A stretch of 64,000 bases of DNA from an uncultured Actinomycetota bacterium (GTDB lineage Bacteria > Actinomycetota > Thermoleophilia > Solirubrobacterales > Solirubrobacteraceae). Shown one piece after another: positions 30,379 through 42,608 of the stretch (within the stretch, counting starts at the first letter, position 1; the number at the start of each line of letters is the position of its first letter). A program made the translations under genes and the position numbers. Location of the stretch: assembly GCA_963714335.1 (NCBI GenBank), contig CAVQNW010000002.1, positions 638,698 to 702,697 on the forward strand, written 5' to 3'. The notes under the pieces are model-generated. The model worked only from the letters and a program-made list of their open reading frames with translations, searched no databases and was not told the origin of the DNA.

Positions 30379-32567
30379 AGCGCGGCCAGTGGCGGAATCG
30401 TGAGCTCCGCCGAGTACGGCTGCCCGTGCCAGGGCACTGGCTCTGCGACGATCCCGCCGAAGTTGCCCTGGTCGCTGCCCCCGTAGAAGCGCGAGTCGGT
30501 GTTGACCGCCTCGCGCCAGCGCCCGGGGTGCGGCAGCCCGACGCGATAGCTCGAGCGCGGCACGGGCGAGAAGTTGCCGATGTACACGAGCACATCCTCG
30601 CCGCCCCGCGACTGCCGCGCGAACGCGACGACGTTGAGGTCGGCGTCATTGGGCTCGAGCCAGAAGAACCCGTCGGGCTCGGAGTCCAGCGCCCACAGCG
30701 CCGGCTGCTCGCGGTAAACGTGGTTGAGGTCGCGGACGAGCGACTGGACACCCGCGTGCTCCGGTGACTCGAGCAGCTCCCAGGGGAGCGAGGCGGTGGC
30801 GTCCCACTCGTTCTTCTGCGCCAGCTCACCGCCCATGAACAGCAGCTTCTTGCCGGGGTGGGCCCACATGTAGCCGTAGAGAGCGCGGAGGTTCGCGAGC
30901 TTCTGCCAGTGATCGCCGACCATCTTCTGGTACAGCGAGCCCTTGCCGTGAACCACCTCGTCATGGGACAGCGGCAGGATGAAGTTCTCGGTGAAGGCGT
31001 AGACGAAGCTGAAGGTGAGCTCGTTGTGGTGATAGCGGCGATACACCGGGTCCTGCTGCATGTAGCGCAGCGTGTCGTGCATCCAGCCCATGTTCCACTT
31101 GAAGCCGAAGCCCAGGCCGCCGAGGTAGGTGGGGCGGGAGACGCCGGGCCAGGCGGTGGACTCCTCCGCCGCGGAGATGACGCCCGGCTCGCGGCCATAG
31201 ATCATCTCGTTGAGCTCCTTCAGGAACGAGACCGCCTCCAGATCCTCGCGGCCGCCGAACTGGTTCGGGATCCATTCGCCGGCGTTACGCGAGTAGTCGA
31301 GGTAGAGCATCGACGCGACGGCGTCCACCCGCAGGCCGTCGGCGTGGAATTCGCGTAGCCAGTAGAGCGCGTTGGCCGACAGGAAGTTGCGCACCTCGTG
31401 GCGGCCGAAGTTGAACACCAGCGTGCCCCAGTCGGGGTGTGCTCCGCGCCGCGGATCGGCGTGCTCATAGAGGGCGGTGCCGTCGAAGCGGGCCAGCGCC
31501 CAGTCGTCGCGCGGGAAGTGGGCGGGGACCCAGTCGAGGATCACCCCCACGCCGCGTTCGTGCAGCGTCTGCACGAAGGTGCGGAAATCGTCGGGCGAGC
31601 CGTACCTGGGAGTGGGCGCGTAGTAGCCAGTGACCTGGTAGCCCCACGAGCCCGAGAACGGGTGCGCCATCACCGGCAGCAGCTCGACGTGCGTGAAGCC
31701 CATGTCGAGCGCGTAGGCCGACAGCTCGTCGGCCAACTCGGCGTAGGTGGGTTCCTCGCCGTTTTCGTCGCGCCGCCAGGAACCGAGGTGCACCTCGTAG
31801 ATCGAGACGGGCTCGGCGAGGGGGACCGCATGCGCGCGCCGTTCGTGCCACTCCAGGTCGCCGGAGCTCCAATCGTGGCGGGTGCGTGTGATCACGGAGG
31901 CGGTCTGCGGCGGCATCTCCGTCTCCTGCGCGTACGGGTCGGCCTTCGAGCGCAGCTCGCCGGTGTGCGTGAGGATCTCGAACTTGTAGCGGCCGCCCTC
32001 ATGCACATCGGGGATGAACAGCTCCCAGACACCGCTCGAGCCGAGCGATCGCATCGGGTGGGCGTGGCTGTTCCAGAAGTTGAAGTCACCGACGATGCTG
32101 ACGCTGCGCGCGGCCGGCGCCCAAACCGCGAAGGCCGTTCCGGCGACATCCTGATGGATCTTCGGATGGGCGCCGAGCAGGTCATAAACGCGCTCATGGC
32201 GGCCCTCGCCGATCAGGTAAAGGTCGAGCTCGCCGAGCGTTGGCAGGAACACGTACGGATCAACCGCGATGTGTGTGAGCTGGTCGCCGTAATCGGCCTC
32301 GATGCGGTAGTTGAGCGGCATCGTGGCGCCCTTGAGCGTCCCCTGGAAGACGCCGACGGGGTGCACGCATTTGAGCTCAACGCGGGAATCCTCGCCGGCG
32401 TCGGCGGCGTCGAGCGCTGCCGTCACGGCGGTGGCCCCGGGGCGAAGCGCGCGGATGACGACACCGCCCTTCTTCGGATGCGCTCCCAGTACCGAGTGGG
32501 GGTTCGCGAGCTCGCGGTGAGCGAGCGCCTCGAGGTCCTGGTCGCGTTTCGTGGAGGTGCGGGCCAT
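30357..32567 (-). CDS. glgB: 1,4-alpha-glucan branching enzyme
   Basis: IYEVHLGSW, SWGYQ, LDWVPAHFP, GLRVDAVASMLY, AEESTAW, LSHDEVVHGK. Confidence 0.97.
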   Translation of the reverse strand: MARTSTKRDQDLEALAHRELANPHSVLGAHPKKGGVVIRALRPGATAVTAALDAADAGEDSRVELKCVHPVGVFQGTLKGATMPLNYRIEADYGDQLTHIAVDPYVFLPTLGELDLYLIGEGRHERVYDLLGAHPKIHQDVAGTAFAVWAPAARSVSIVGDFNFWNSHAHPMRSLGSSGVWELFIPDVHEGGRYKFEILTHTGELRSKADPYAQETEMPPQTASVITRTRHDWSSGDLEWHERRAHAVPLAEPVSIYEVHLGSWRRDENGEEPTYAELADELSAYALDMGFTHVELLPVMAHPFSGSWGYQVTGYYAPTPRYGSPDDFRTFVQTLHERGVGVILDWVPAHFPRDDWALARFDGTALYEHADPRRGAHPDWGTLVFNFGRHEVRNFLSANALYWLREFHADGLRVDAVASMLYLDYSRNAGEWIPNQFGGREDLEAVSFLKELNEMIYGREPGVISAAEESTAWPGVSRPTYLGGLGFGFKWNMGWMHDTLRYMQQDPVYRRYHHNELTFSFVYAFTENFILPLSHDEVVHGKGSLYQKMVGDHWQKLANLRALYGYMWAHPGKKLLFMGGELAQKNEWDATASLPWELLESPEHAGVQSLVRDLNHVYREQPALWALDSEPDGFFWLEPNDADLNVVAFARQSRGGEDVLVYIGNFSPVPRSSYRVGLPHPGRWREAVNTDSRFYGGSDQGNFGGIVAEPVPWHGQPYSAELTIPPLAALWLVPES

Positions 32568-32597
32568 CGCTCTCCGCCTACCCGTGCGCTTCGGTTC

Positions 32598-33975
32598 TCA
32601 TCCCGACTCCACCAGCCGCAGGATCCCCGCAACCGGAATCGGCACCCAGTCGGGGCGGTTGTCGAGCTCGTATTGGAGCTCATACAGCGCCTTCTCGAGC
32701 TCGAAGGTCGAAAGCAGACTCGAGATCTGGGCCTGCCCGGCCGGCAGCAACGCCGGCTCGACATGGCTGAAGTAGGCGTCGAGGAACGCCGCCCGCGCCC
32801 GATCCTCGAATCCGTCGGGGGCCTCGAGTCCGCGTTGCAGCTTCACGGCCCAGGTCGCGTAGGAGAAGGAGCGCAGCATGCTGGCGACGTCGCGCAGCGG
32901 CGAGCGCTTCTGACGGCGGGCGTTCAACGGCCGCGCCGGCTCCCCCTCGAAGTCGAGCAGCGTCCAGCCGTTCTGCGTGTACAGGGTCTGACCAAGGTGG
33001 TAATCGCCGTGGATGCGGATACTCTTGCCGCCGATCGGGCCCTGCGACGGCAGCGTGATGCGCTCGCGGACCTCCTGCTCGAGTCCGGCGATCGGAGCCA
33101 CGCTGGGCAGGTCCGGCAGGTGGCCAAAGACCCGCTCGAGCTGCTCATCGAGCGTTGCCTTGAGCAGATTGAGGAACTCGGTGCTGGGATCCTGCGGGGA
33201 GAACGCCGGATCGCCCGCGTCGGTTGCCAGCACAGAGTGCAGCCGCGCCGTGGCGACACCGAGGCCCGAGATCCGCTCGAGGAACAGCTCGGGAGCGCTC
33301 GGAATCTCCTGGAGCGCGAGGTCCCAGCCGTCCGTCGCGCCCGAGACGAATTGCTGGGCGATGGCCAGCGTGGCGGCGAGCGGTTCGCCCTCGTACTCGT
33401 ACCAGCCGTAGAGCGGCGCGATGTTGGGATAGTCGCGGGCGGTGAGGAAGCGCAGCATCTCCAGCTCCGGATTGATTCCGGGCTCGAGCCTGCGGAACAG
33501 CTTCAGCGCGATGCGGTCGCCGAACACAATCGAGCTGTTGGATTGCTCGGCCGCCATCGGCCTCACCGGCTCGGCCGCCCCGCTGCCGTTACTCGGCATT
33601 GCCCAATCAGGCCTCGCGCCGGTCGCCGTGGTGACGTGGCGGAAGTAGAAGCGTCCATGCAGACCTGCGATCTCAAGGCCCTGATCGATAGCCGCCAGCA
33701 GCTCGTGGGCGTGCTGACTGTCGCCCAGCACATCCACGCCTGCGCTGCCTGCGTCCTGTGCGAGCACCAGTTGGTATAGCTCGTGCTGACCGGTGGCGAA
33801 CTCCACCTGGACCATCGCGAGCGCGAGGTGCTCATCGATCGCCGCCTCTTCGACCAGCTCGAGTCCACACAGCGTCTGGCTCTTGGACGCAAACCAGCGC
33901 TGCTCCCGTAGCCACCCGAGCAGGAGGTCACGGTCGAGGATCTGGGAAATGTGTCCCGACACAGGCGCCGGTGGC

Positions 33976-33983
<8 letters not shown>
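32598..33983 (-). CDS. Maltokinase (Mak/Pep2)
   Basis: [48 protein letters not shown]; follows treS. Confidence 0.9.
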
Positions 33984-35775
<1,792 letters not shown>

Positions 35776-35784
35776 CAGGTCACG

Positions 35785-37704
35785 TCAGATTGTCTCGATG
35801 CGTGCAAGGTGGGCGCCGCCCGGTGACAGACGCACGTAGTTGCCGCCCAATCGCCACTCGAAACGAGTGTCCGTGAGCAGGTCGCGCACGGGGAAGACGG
35901 GCGCCAGTCCGAGGTGTGCGGGGACCACCACCAGGCCCTCATGGATCTGGTATGGGTCGATGTTCACCACGGTGATCACGGTGTTGCCTTCCGATTGCTT
36001 GGCATAGGCGATCAGACCCTCGTTGGCGGTTTCCAGGAACGTCACGTTCTCGAGCCGTTGAAGCGCCGCGTTCTCGCGACGCGCGAGGTTGACCCGCTGC
36101 ACCAGCGGCAGCAGCGGCCCGTCGAGCGCGCGCTGCCAGATCTCGTACTTCTCGGAATGCAGGTACTCCTCGGAGCCCTGACGCACCGGCGTGTGCTCGA
36201 AGTTCTCAAAGCCGGAGTAGATGCCGTAGCTGGGGCTGAGCGTCGCGGCCAGCACCAGGCGCGCCTCGAACGCTGGCCGACCACCGCGCTGGAGGTACTC
36301 GTGCAGGATGTCCGGCGTGTTGGCGAAGAAGTTCGGCCGGAAGTACTCGTGCTCGTCGCCGTATGCCAGTTCGGAGACGTACTCGGTGAGCTCGTAGCGA
36401 GAGTTCTTCCACGTGAAGTATGTGTAGGACTGGGTGAAGCCGATCTTGGCGAGGTGCCGCATCACTGCCCGCCGGGTGAACGCCTCCGCCAGGAACAGCA
36501 CGTCCTGATCACGCTTCTGCACCTCTGCGATCAGCCATTCCCAGAACGGCGCCGGCTTGGTGTGGGGGTTGTCGACGCGGAAGACCTTGACCCCGCAGTC
36601 GACCCAGTGGAGCATCACGCCAAGCAGCGCATCCCAGAGCCCGCGCCAGTCCTCGGAGTCCCAGTTGACGTTGTAGATGTCCTGATAGCGCTTTGGCGGG
36701 TTCTCGGCGTATTTGAGCGTGCCGTCGGGACGGTGGTGAAACCACTCGGGGTGCTCTTTGAGCCAGGGGTGGTCGGGCGAGCTGTTGATCGCGAAGTCCA
36801 GCGCGATGTCGATCCCGTACTCGGCGGCTGTCTTGGTCAGGCTCCTGAGATCGGCCTCGGTGCCGAGCTCGGGAGCAACCGCGTCGTGACCCCCGGTCTC
36901 GTCACCGATCGACCAGGGTGAGCCCGGGTCGCCGGGCGCCGCCTGCAGCGCGTTGTCGCGGCCCTTGCGGTTCGTGTGCCCGATCGGGTGGATCGGCGGC
37001 AGGTAGACAACGTCGAAACCGAGCTCCGCCAGGCGGGGGATCTGCTGCTCTACCCCTGCCAGGCCACCCCAGGAGCGCGGGAACAGCTCATACCACGACC
37101 CGAAGCGCCCCCGCTGCCGGTCTACCCGGACCGGCAGCGGGCCCAGCGTGGTCAGTCCGACGCGCGGCTCGTGCCGGACCACGATCGTGTACAGCTCGTC
37201 GCTGATCGCAACGGATGGGTCCTGGTCGAGCTCGCCGAGGGCAGCCTGGATGGCAGCAGCGGCCGCGGCATCGCCGGTTTCGGTCGTGCGCAGGTGGACC
37301 TGCTCGAGCAGTAATCGTCCCTCTGACAGCTCCCCGGCGAGCTCCGTCTGCCCGGCCGCGAGCTTGCGCTGTAGCTCATCACGCCAGGTGCCGAAGCGAT
37401 CGACCCAGGCGTGGATCTCAAACTCCCAGTCGCCGACGGCGCCGACCTCGAACGAGCCCGCCCAGCGCACGCCGTCCATGTGCGCGTCGACACGACGGAG
37501 GGGTGCCTCACCCCAGCTGTTGGTCCGGCCCCGGCCCCGGCGCCGGTGGCGCGCGGCTGCGCGGAGCAGGTCGTGGCCGTCACGGAAGATGTCGACGGAC
37601 ACCTGGACCGTGTCGCCCACACAACGCTTGACGGCGTAACGGCCTCCGTCGACCGTTGGCTGCGGATATTGGATGATGATCCGGTCTGGAGCTTTGGGCG
37701 CCAT
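35785..37704 (-). CDS. glgE: Alpha-1,4-glucan:maltose-1-phosphate maltosyltransferase
   Basis: WYELFPRS, YLPPIHPIG, ENPPKRYQDIY, FRVDNPHTK, FLAEAF, NTPDIL, SEKYE. Confidence 0.95.
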   Translation of the reverse strand: MAPKAPDRIIIQYPQPTVDGGRYAVKRCVGDTVQVSVDIFRDGHDLLRAAARHRRRGRGRTNSWGEAPLRRVDAHMDGVRWAGSFEVGAVGDWEFEIHAWVDRFGTWRDELQRKLAAGQTELAGELSEGRLLLEQVHLRTTETGDAAAAAAIQAALGELDQDPSVAISDELYTIVVRHEPRVGLTTLGPLPVRVDRQRGRFGSWYELFPRSWGGLAGVEQQIPRLAELGFDVVYLPPIHPIGHTNRKGRDNALQAAPGDPGSPWSIGDETGGHDAVAPELGTEADLRSLTKTAAEYGIDIALDFAINSSPDHPWLKEHPEWFHHRPDGTLKYAENPPKRYQDIYNVNWDSEDWRGLWDALLGVMLHWVDCGVKVFRVDNPHTKPAPFWEWLIAEVQKRDQDVLFLAEAFTRRAVMRHLAKIGFTQSYTYFTWKNSRYELTEYVSELAYGDEHEYFRPNFFANTPDILHEYLQRGGRPAFEARLVLAATLSPSYGIYSGFENFEHTPVRQGSEEYLHSEKYEIWQRALDGPLLPLVQRVNLARRENAALQRLENVTFLETANEGLIAYAKQSEGNTVITVVNIDPYQIHEGLVVVPAHLGLAPVFPVRDLLTDTRFEWRLGGNYVRLSPGGAHLARIETI

Positions 37705-37752
37705 GGCTCTAATAAGTAAACCCTGCTGGCGAGTGGGTAAAACACCAATTAC

Positions 37753-39006
37753 GTGAACGTCCCCGAACGCAGCAGCGGCGTGCTGCTCCACATCACTTCA
37801 TTACCCGGTGGCACGCTCGGGCGCGAGGCCTATCGTTTCATCGATTGGCTGGCGGCGTCGGGCCAATCGTGGTGGCAGGTACTGCCGATCTCACCGCCTG
37901 ACCGCTACCGCTCTCCATACAAGTCAGCGTCGGCCTTTGCCGGCTGGCGCGGGTTGCTGTCGGCACCGCGGGCGCGGGTGTCGGCCGCTGAGGTGCTGGA
38001 GTTCCGCGAGCGCGAGACGTACTGGATCGAGGACTGGGCGCGTCTCGGTCCAGGCTCGCGGCCGGAGCTCGTCGCCGATCAGGTCCGCTTCGAGCGCGAA
38101 TGGTCGCGGCTGCGTGAGTACGCGGCTGAGCGCGGCGTGCGCGTGATGGGGGACATTGCAATGTACGTTGCTCCCAGGGGCGTTGACCATCGGGCCCACC
38201 CCGAGCTCTTCAACGACGAGGTGCTCGCGGGAGCACCGCCCGATGCGTTCAGCGAGCTCGGCCAGTTCTGGGGGAACCCGGTGTACGACTGGGCTGCGTT
38301 ACGCGAGTCCGACTATCGCTGGTGGGTGAAGCGCCTGCAGCGCAACCTGACGCTGTTCGACGCGGTCAGGCTTGATCACTTTCGCGGCTTCATCGCCTAC
38401 TGGGCGGTGCCGGCCGGTGCCGCCGACGCCCGCGCCGGACGCTGGCGGCGGGGTCCGGGGATGGGTCTGTTCGAGGCATTCGAGGACCGGCTCGGCACCG
38501 CGCTGCCACTGGTGGCTGAAGATCTTGGTGTCATCACTCCGCCTGTCGAGGCGTTGCGTGAGCGGCTCGGTTTCCCGGGGATGCTCGTCTTGCAGTTCGG
38601 CTTCGGTGGCGTTCGCGCCGAGCGTTCGAGCCCACACGCGTTTGCAAACCACGCGCTGAACCGGGTGGTCTACACCGGGACCCATGACCACGACACCGCG
38701 CGGGGATGGTATGAGAGTGCCTCGCGCGCGACAAAGGCGCGCGTCGAGGAGATTTGCGGCGCCGTCGGAATCTCCGAGCCGGAGCCGTGGTGGCGGCTGG
38801 TGCGGCTGTGTCTGGACTCCCACGCCGCGATCGCGATCGTCCAGGCCCAGGATTTGCTGGGGCTCGGGTCGGAGGCGCGGATGAACGATCCCTCCAAACG
38901 CGGTGGCAACTGGCGCTGGCAGCTTGAAGCCGGGGCTTTGACGGTTGGGCTGGCTGCGCGCCTGCGCGAGGCCACGGCCGCGACCGGCCGGCTCAGCTCT
39001 GATTAG
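37753..39006 (+). CDS. malQ: 4-alpha-glucanotransferase (amylomaltase), compact form
   Basis: RSSGVLLHITSLP, WQVLP, GAPPDAFS..GQFWGNP, RLDHFRGF, AEDLG, YTGTHDHDT. Confidence 0.93.
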   Translation: MNVPERSSGVLLHITSLPGGTLGREAYRFIDWLAASGQSWWQVLPISPPDRYRSPYKSASAFAGWRGLLSAPRARVSAAEVLEFRERETYWIEDWARLGPGSRPELVADQVRFEREWSRLREYAAERGVRVMGDIAMYVAPRGVDHRAHPELFNDEVLAGAPPDAFSELGQFWGNPVYDWAALRESDYRWWVKRLQRNLTLFDAVRLDHFRGFIAYWAVPAGAADARAGRWRRGPGMGLFEAFEDRLGTALPLVAEDLGVITPPVEALRERLGFPGMLVLQFGFGGVRAERSSPHAFANHALNRVVYTGTHDHDTARGWYESASRATKARVEEICGAVGISEPEPWWRLVRLCLDSHAAIAIVQAQDLLGLGSEARMNDPSKRGGNWRWQLEAGALTVGLAARLREATAATGRLSSD

Positions 39007-39059
39007 CGTGGGTTAGCGCGAGTCACCGGGTGCGCGCGGCGGCTCAGCTCTGATTAGCG
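38989..39059. repeat. 20-bp direct repeat CGGCTCAGCTCTGATTAGCG (38989-39008 and 39040-39059)
   Basis: Two exact copies 31 bp apart; each holds the stop codon of one of the two convergent genes. Confidence 0.85.
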
Positions 39060-39775
39060 CGGGCGCGGGCGGCGCGGGCGAGCAGGCCCAGGTCCTGCTT
39101 GGCGTGGCGGTAGGCGTAGGTCAGATCGCCGCGCAGCCTGCCCCAGCGTGTTGTCTCGTAGGGGCTCAGCTCTGCGGGGTGAACTCTTGTTGGGAGACCC
39201 GTTGACGCGAGCAGCGCGAGCGCGAGTTCGGCGATCTCCACCTGACCGAGGGCCGTGGGGTGCACGTGGTCGGCCATCATCAGATCACGGCCACCGAACA
39301 GCCGCAGGTCCAGCACGCTCGCGCCATGGCGAGCGGCGGAACGCTCGATCGCCTGGTTGGTCTGCTCGACCAGCTCGCGGTTACGCGGGCGGCCCATGTC
39401 GAGCGGGATCGTCAGCGTCAGCAGCCTGTCGCAGCGCTGGCTCAGGCATTCGAGCGCGTCGCCGTGGCGTTGCTCGAATCCTGCCGCGTCAAATCCCGGA
39501 AGGCGGACGTCGTTGGTGCCGACGTAGAGGTAGCCGAGGGCGTAGCGGGCGTTCTGGTCCGCGACGCGCTGAAACAGCGGTAATTGGCGGGTGATCACAT
39601 CCTCGACGGTGGCCCCGTCGACCGCATAGGGGCTGTAGGGGATGCCGAGCCCGCGGGCCGTCCACAGCGCCCACGACTGCAGCGCCACACCCCACTGCAG
39701 CTCACCGCCGCCGTTGGTGATCGAGTCGCCAAAGGCGAGCACGCCAAGGCGACAGCTGGTCTGTGTTGCCGTCAT
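39044..39775 (-). CDS. SGNH/GDSL hydrolase family protein
   Basis: AFGDSIT (block I), VGTND (block III), DHVHP (block V). Confidence 0.9.
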   Translation of the reverse strand: MTATQTSCRLGVLAFGDSITNGGGELQWGVALQSWALWTARGLGIPYSPYAVDGATVEDVITRQLPLFQRVADQNARYALGYLYVGTNDVRLPGFDAAGFEQRHGDALECLSQRCDRLLTLTIPLDMGRPRNRELVEQTNQAIERSAARHGASVLDLRLFGGRDLMMADHVHPTALGQVEIAELALALLASTGLPTRVHPAELSPYETTRWGRLRGDLTYAYRHAKQDLGLLARAARARANQS

Positions 39776-39912
39776 TGCGGGCGATGCACTCTAGTTGCAG
39801 TTCCCAGGGAGGTGGCGACAGCGCGTACCGCGGAACTCCTGGAGCGATCGCACATCGGCACGCAATCGTGCGGTCACGGCGACGGGCGATATGCGCGGTA
39901 TGGGCGATCCAG

Positions 39913-41296
39913 TGTCTGATCTCAGGACATATGTCTCAGGTGATGTGGCGCTGATGTCTCGGGACATATGTCTCACCCCTGGTTTGGGCTAGGTTTCCGC
40001 CGCTCGTTGCGGAGCCCAGCCCGGAGGGCTGTGGCGCAGCAGCGAGCGGCGGGCGAGGCTCGCGGGCCATGTCCCGTGCTCGCGTTGCTGTTCTCAAAGC
40101 CGTCTCTACTCAGGCATCCGTTACCGAGGTCGCAGCCGAGTTCGGGATCTCCCGCCGGCAGCTGACTCGCCTGATCGCCGCCTACCGGCAGGGAGGCTTG
40201 GACGCGCTCGAGCCACGCTCCCGCCGACCACACAACACGCCAATCAAAACACCGGAGATCATTGCCGATCGTGTGATCGAACTGCGCCGCCAGTTGACCG
40301 CTGATGGGCTCGACGCCGGGGCGGTGACGATCGCCTGGCACCTAGAAAAAGCGGGGCTCAGACCGCCAGCGCCGGCGACGATCAGCCGGATCATCAGCCA
40401 AGCCGGCCTGGTCTCACCGCAGCCACGCAAACGACCCAGAAGCTCCTACATCCGCTTCGAGGCGGCGCAACCGAACGAGACATGGCAATCGGACTTCATG
40501 CACACACGCCTGGCCGGCGGTGGCGATGTGGAGATCATCAGCTGGCTTGATGACCACTCCCGATTCCTGCTGGGCTGCAGCGCCCACCAACCCGTCACCG
40601 GCGACGTTGTCGTCGCCACATTCCTAGACACCATCGAGGATTACGGGACCCCAGCCTCGACGCTCACCGATAACGGGCGCGTCTACACCGCACGCTCAGG
40701 CGGCGGCCGCAACGCCTTCGAATACCTGCTCCCGATCCTCGGGGTGCGACAAAAGAACGGGTCACCGTGGCACCCACAAACACAAGGCAAGGTCGAACGG
40801 TTCCACCAAACCCTGCAACGCCGGCTGAACGCCCGACCACCAGCCGCAAGCATCCGCGAGCTCCAGAAACAGCTCGACCAGTTCCGCGACTACTACAACG
40901 AGAAACGCCCCCACCGAGCACTCGACCGACGCACCCCCGCCGACGCCTACCGAGCCACACCCAAAGCGCTCCCAACCGACGCCCAACCCCCCGGCCACTA
41001 CCGCATCCGCTACGACCGCGTCGACAAGAAAGGCACCATGACCCTGCGCCGCGGCGGCCGGATGCACCACCTCGCGATCGGCGCCAAACACATCGGCAAA
41101 CGCGTCCTCGCACTCACCGACCAACACCAAGTCACCGTCATCGAACTCGACACCGGCGAGGTCCTCTCAACCCACGACATCCAGCCCAACAAGAGCTACT
41201 GGCGCAACACACAAAAAGAGCCCGGCCGCTGGCCGAGCTCCACAAACTGAGACCCATGTCCCGAGACATGTGAGCCACATGTCCCGAGACATCACA
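39913..41296 (+). mobile_element. IS481 family insertion sequence (1384 bp) with 15-bp flanking direct repeat
   Basis: Ends 5'-TGT...ACA-3'; repeated subterminal ATGTCTCGGGACAT motifs (39954-39967; inverted at 41256-41269 and 41279-41292); GTATGGGCGATCCAG at 39898-39912 and 41297-41311. Confidence 0.92.
40069..41250 (+). CDS. IS481 family DDE transposase
   Basis: N-terminal HTH with LEPRSRRP; catalytic WQSDF / LTDNG / QGKVERFH; YYNEKRPHRAL. Confidence 0.95.
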   Translation: MSRARVAVLKAVSTQASVTEVAAEFGISRRQLTRLIAAYRQGGLDALEPRSRRPHNTPIKTPEIIADRVIELRRQLTADGLDAGAVTIAWHLEKAGLRPPAPATISRIISQAGLVSPQPRKRPRSSYIRFEAAQPNETWQSDFMHTRLAGGGDVEIISWLDDHSRFLLGCSAHQPVTGDVVVATFLDTIEDYGTPASTLTDNGRVYTARSGGGRNAFEYLLPILGVRQKNGSPWHPQTQGKVERFHQTLQRRLNARPPAASIRELQKQLDQFRDYYNEKRPHRALDRRTPADAYRATPKALPTDAQPPGHYRIRYDRVDKKGTMTLRRGGRMHHLAIGAKHIGKRVLALTDQHQVTVIELDTGEVLSTHDIQPNKSYWRNTQKEPGRWPSSTN

Positions 41297-41299
41297 GTA

Positions 41300-41373
<74 letters not shown>

Positions 41374-41437
41374 GCTGCAGCGGGCATATTAGCGGTACTT
41401 GCTCGAGTTCCGCAGCGGGCGTAGGCTGCGCGTCACC

Positions 41438-41668
41438 ATGTCCGAATCTTCGCTGGGCCTCCGCCGCGCCGAGGTCGTCGAGCTTGTTGCTCAGAACGCT
41501 GAGATGCGGCGTCTGCTCGACGAAAATCAGTGGAGTGGCCTGACTCCGGTCAACTCCGAGGGCGTATGTCCAGTCTGCTGCGGCTCCCCGCGCCGCGGCC
41601 ACCGGCCGGATTGCGCTCTGCAGGCTGCCCTTGACGCGCCGGCACCCTGGACCGCGGCGCTCTCGTAG
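41438..41668 (+). CDS. Small hypothetical protein with a Cys/His cluster (CPVCC-x6-H-x3-C)
   Basis: 76-aa ORF filling the tRNA-parB gap; putative Zn ligands. Confidence 0.55.
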   Translation: MSESSLGLRRAEVVELVAQNAEMRRLLDENQWSGLTPVNSEGVCPVCCGSPRRGHRPDCALQAALDAPAPWTAALS

Positions 41669-41729
41669 CCGAGCGGCGCCGAAGCGCCGACAGCCGTGAC
41701 GCCGGGCGGCGCATCCGTGCACAAGCTCG

Positions 41730-42608
41730 TCAGCCGGTCAGCCGCTGTGCCAACTCGAGCGCCTCATCCACTGAGGAGAAGCTCAGTTGGACGGTGAAGC
41801 CGCGGGCGGCACCTCGGACCTTGACATCAGCGCCGAGAGCGACGCCCAGGGCGTCAGCGATCTGATCGATCGCCTCCTGCCGGTCTGGGTGCTCAGCTTC
41901 GGGTGGGGCAGCAGGACGCTCGCCGGCTGCCCTGGTTGGCCCCCCATCGGCCTCCCGAGCCCGTGCTTCGAGCTCGCGCACCGACCAGCCCTGCGAGGCA
42001 GCCTGACGCGCCAGATTCCGGCGCATTGTGTGATCGGCGACCAACAGCAGCGCTCGCCCATGCCCCTCGGTGAGCTCGCGGCGCGCAAGCAGCTCAAGAG
42101 CCTCGTCGGGGAGGTCGAGCAGGCGAATCAGATTGGAGACTGCCACGCGGCTACGGCCGACACGCAGCCCGACCTCCTCCCTCGTGAGCCCGAGCTCCTC
42201 AACCAGCCCTGAGCAGGCGCGGGCTTCCTCTACGGGATTGAGGTCCTCCCTGGCCATGTTCTCGATCACAGCCAACTCAAGCGATGCCGCGTCGTCGTGA
42301 GGCCGCACAACGGCGGGAATGGTCTCGAGTTCGGCGATCTGGGCCGCCCGCCAACGGCGCTCGCCGGCGACCAGCTCGTAACGGCCGCCCGCCAGAGGAC
42401 GAACCAGAACCGGTTGGATCACGCCACGAGCTCGGATCGAGTCGGCAAGGGCGACGAGGGACTCCTCATCGAACTGGCGCCGCGGCTGGCGAGGATTCGG
42501 TGCGATCAGCTCGAGGGGGATCTGGCGCAGATCCTCCTGCTCCTCGCGCGGAGCCGCGGCAAGAATCGCGGCGAGCCCGCGTCCCATGCCCTTCGACTTG
42601 TCAGCCAC
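41730..42608 (-). CDS. parB: Chromosome partitioning protein ParB
   Basis: GMGRGLAAIL, PNPRQPR, GVIQPV, VAGERRWRAA, IENMAREDLNPVEEA, HTH. Confidence 0.96.
   Translation of the reverse strand: MADKSKGMGRGLAAILAAAPREEQEDLRQIPLELIAPNPRQPRRQFDEESLVALADSIRARGVIQPVLVRPLAGGRYELVAGERRWRAAQIAELETIPAVVRPHDDAASLELAVIENMAREDLNPVEEARACSGLVEELGLTREEVGLRVGRSRVAVSNLIRLLDLPDEALELLARRELTEGHGRALLLVADHTMRRNLARQAASQGWSVRELEARAREADGGPTRAAGERPAAPPEAEHPDRQEAIDQIADALGVALGADVKVRGAARGFTVQLSFSSVDEALELAQRLTG

Noticed and set aside
31398-33779. 793-aa plus-strand ORF and many similar long shadow ORFs (e.g. 52604-54439, 24762-26300, 10679-12196)
   Set aside because: Antisense to well-supported genes; expected in high-GC DNA with strong third-position bias
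38989-39059. CRISPR mini-array (20-bp repeat, 31-bp spacer)
   Set aside because: Only two short repeats, both overlapping coding ends; no leader or cas genes
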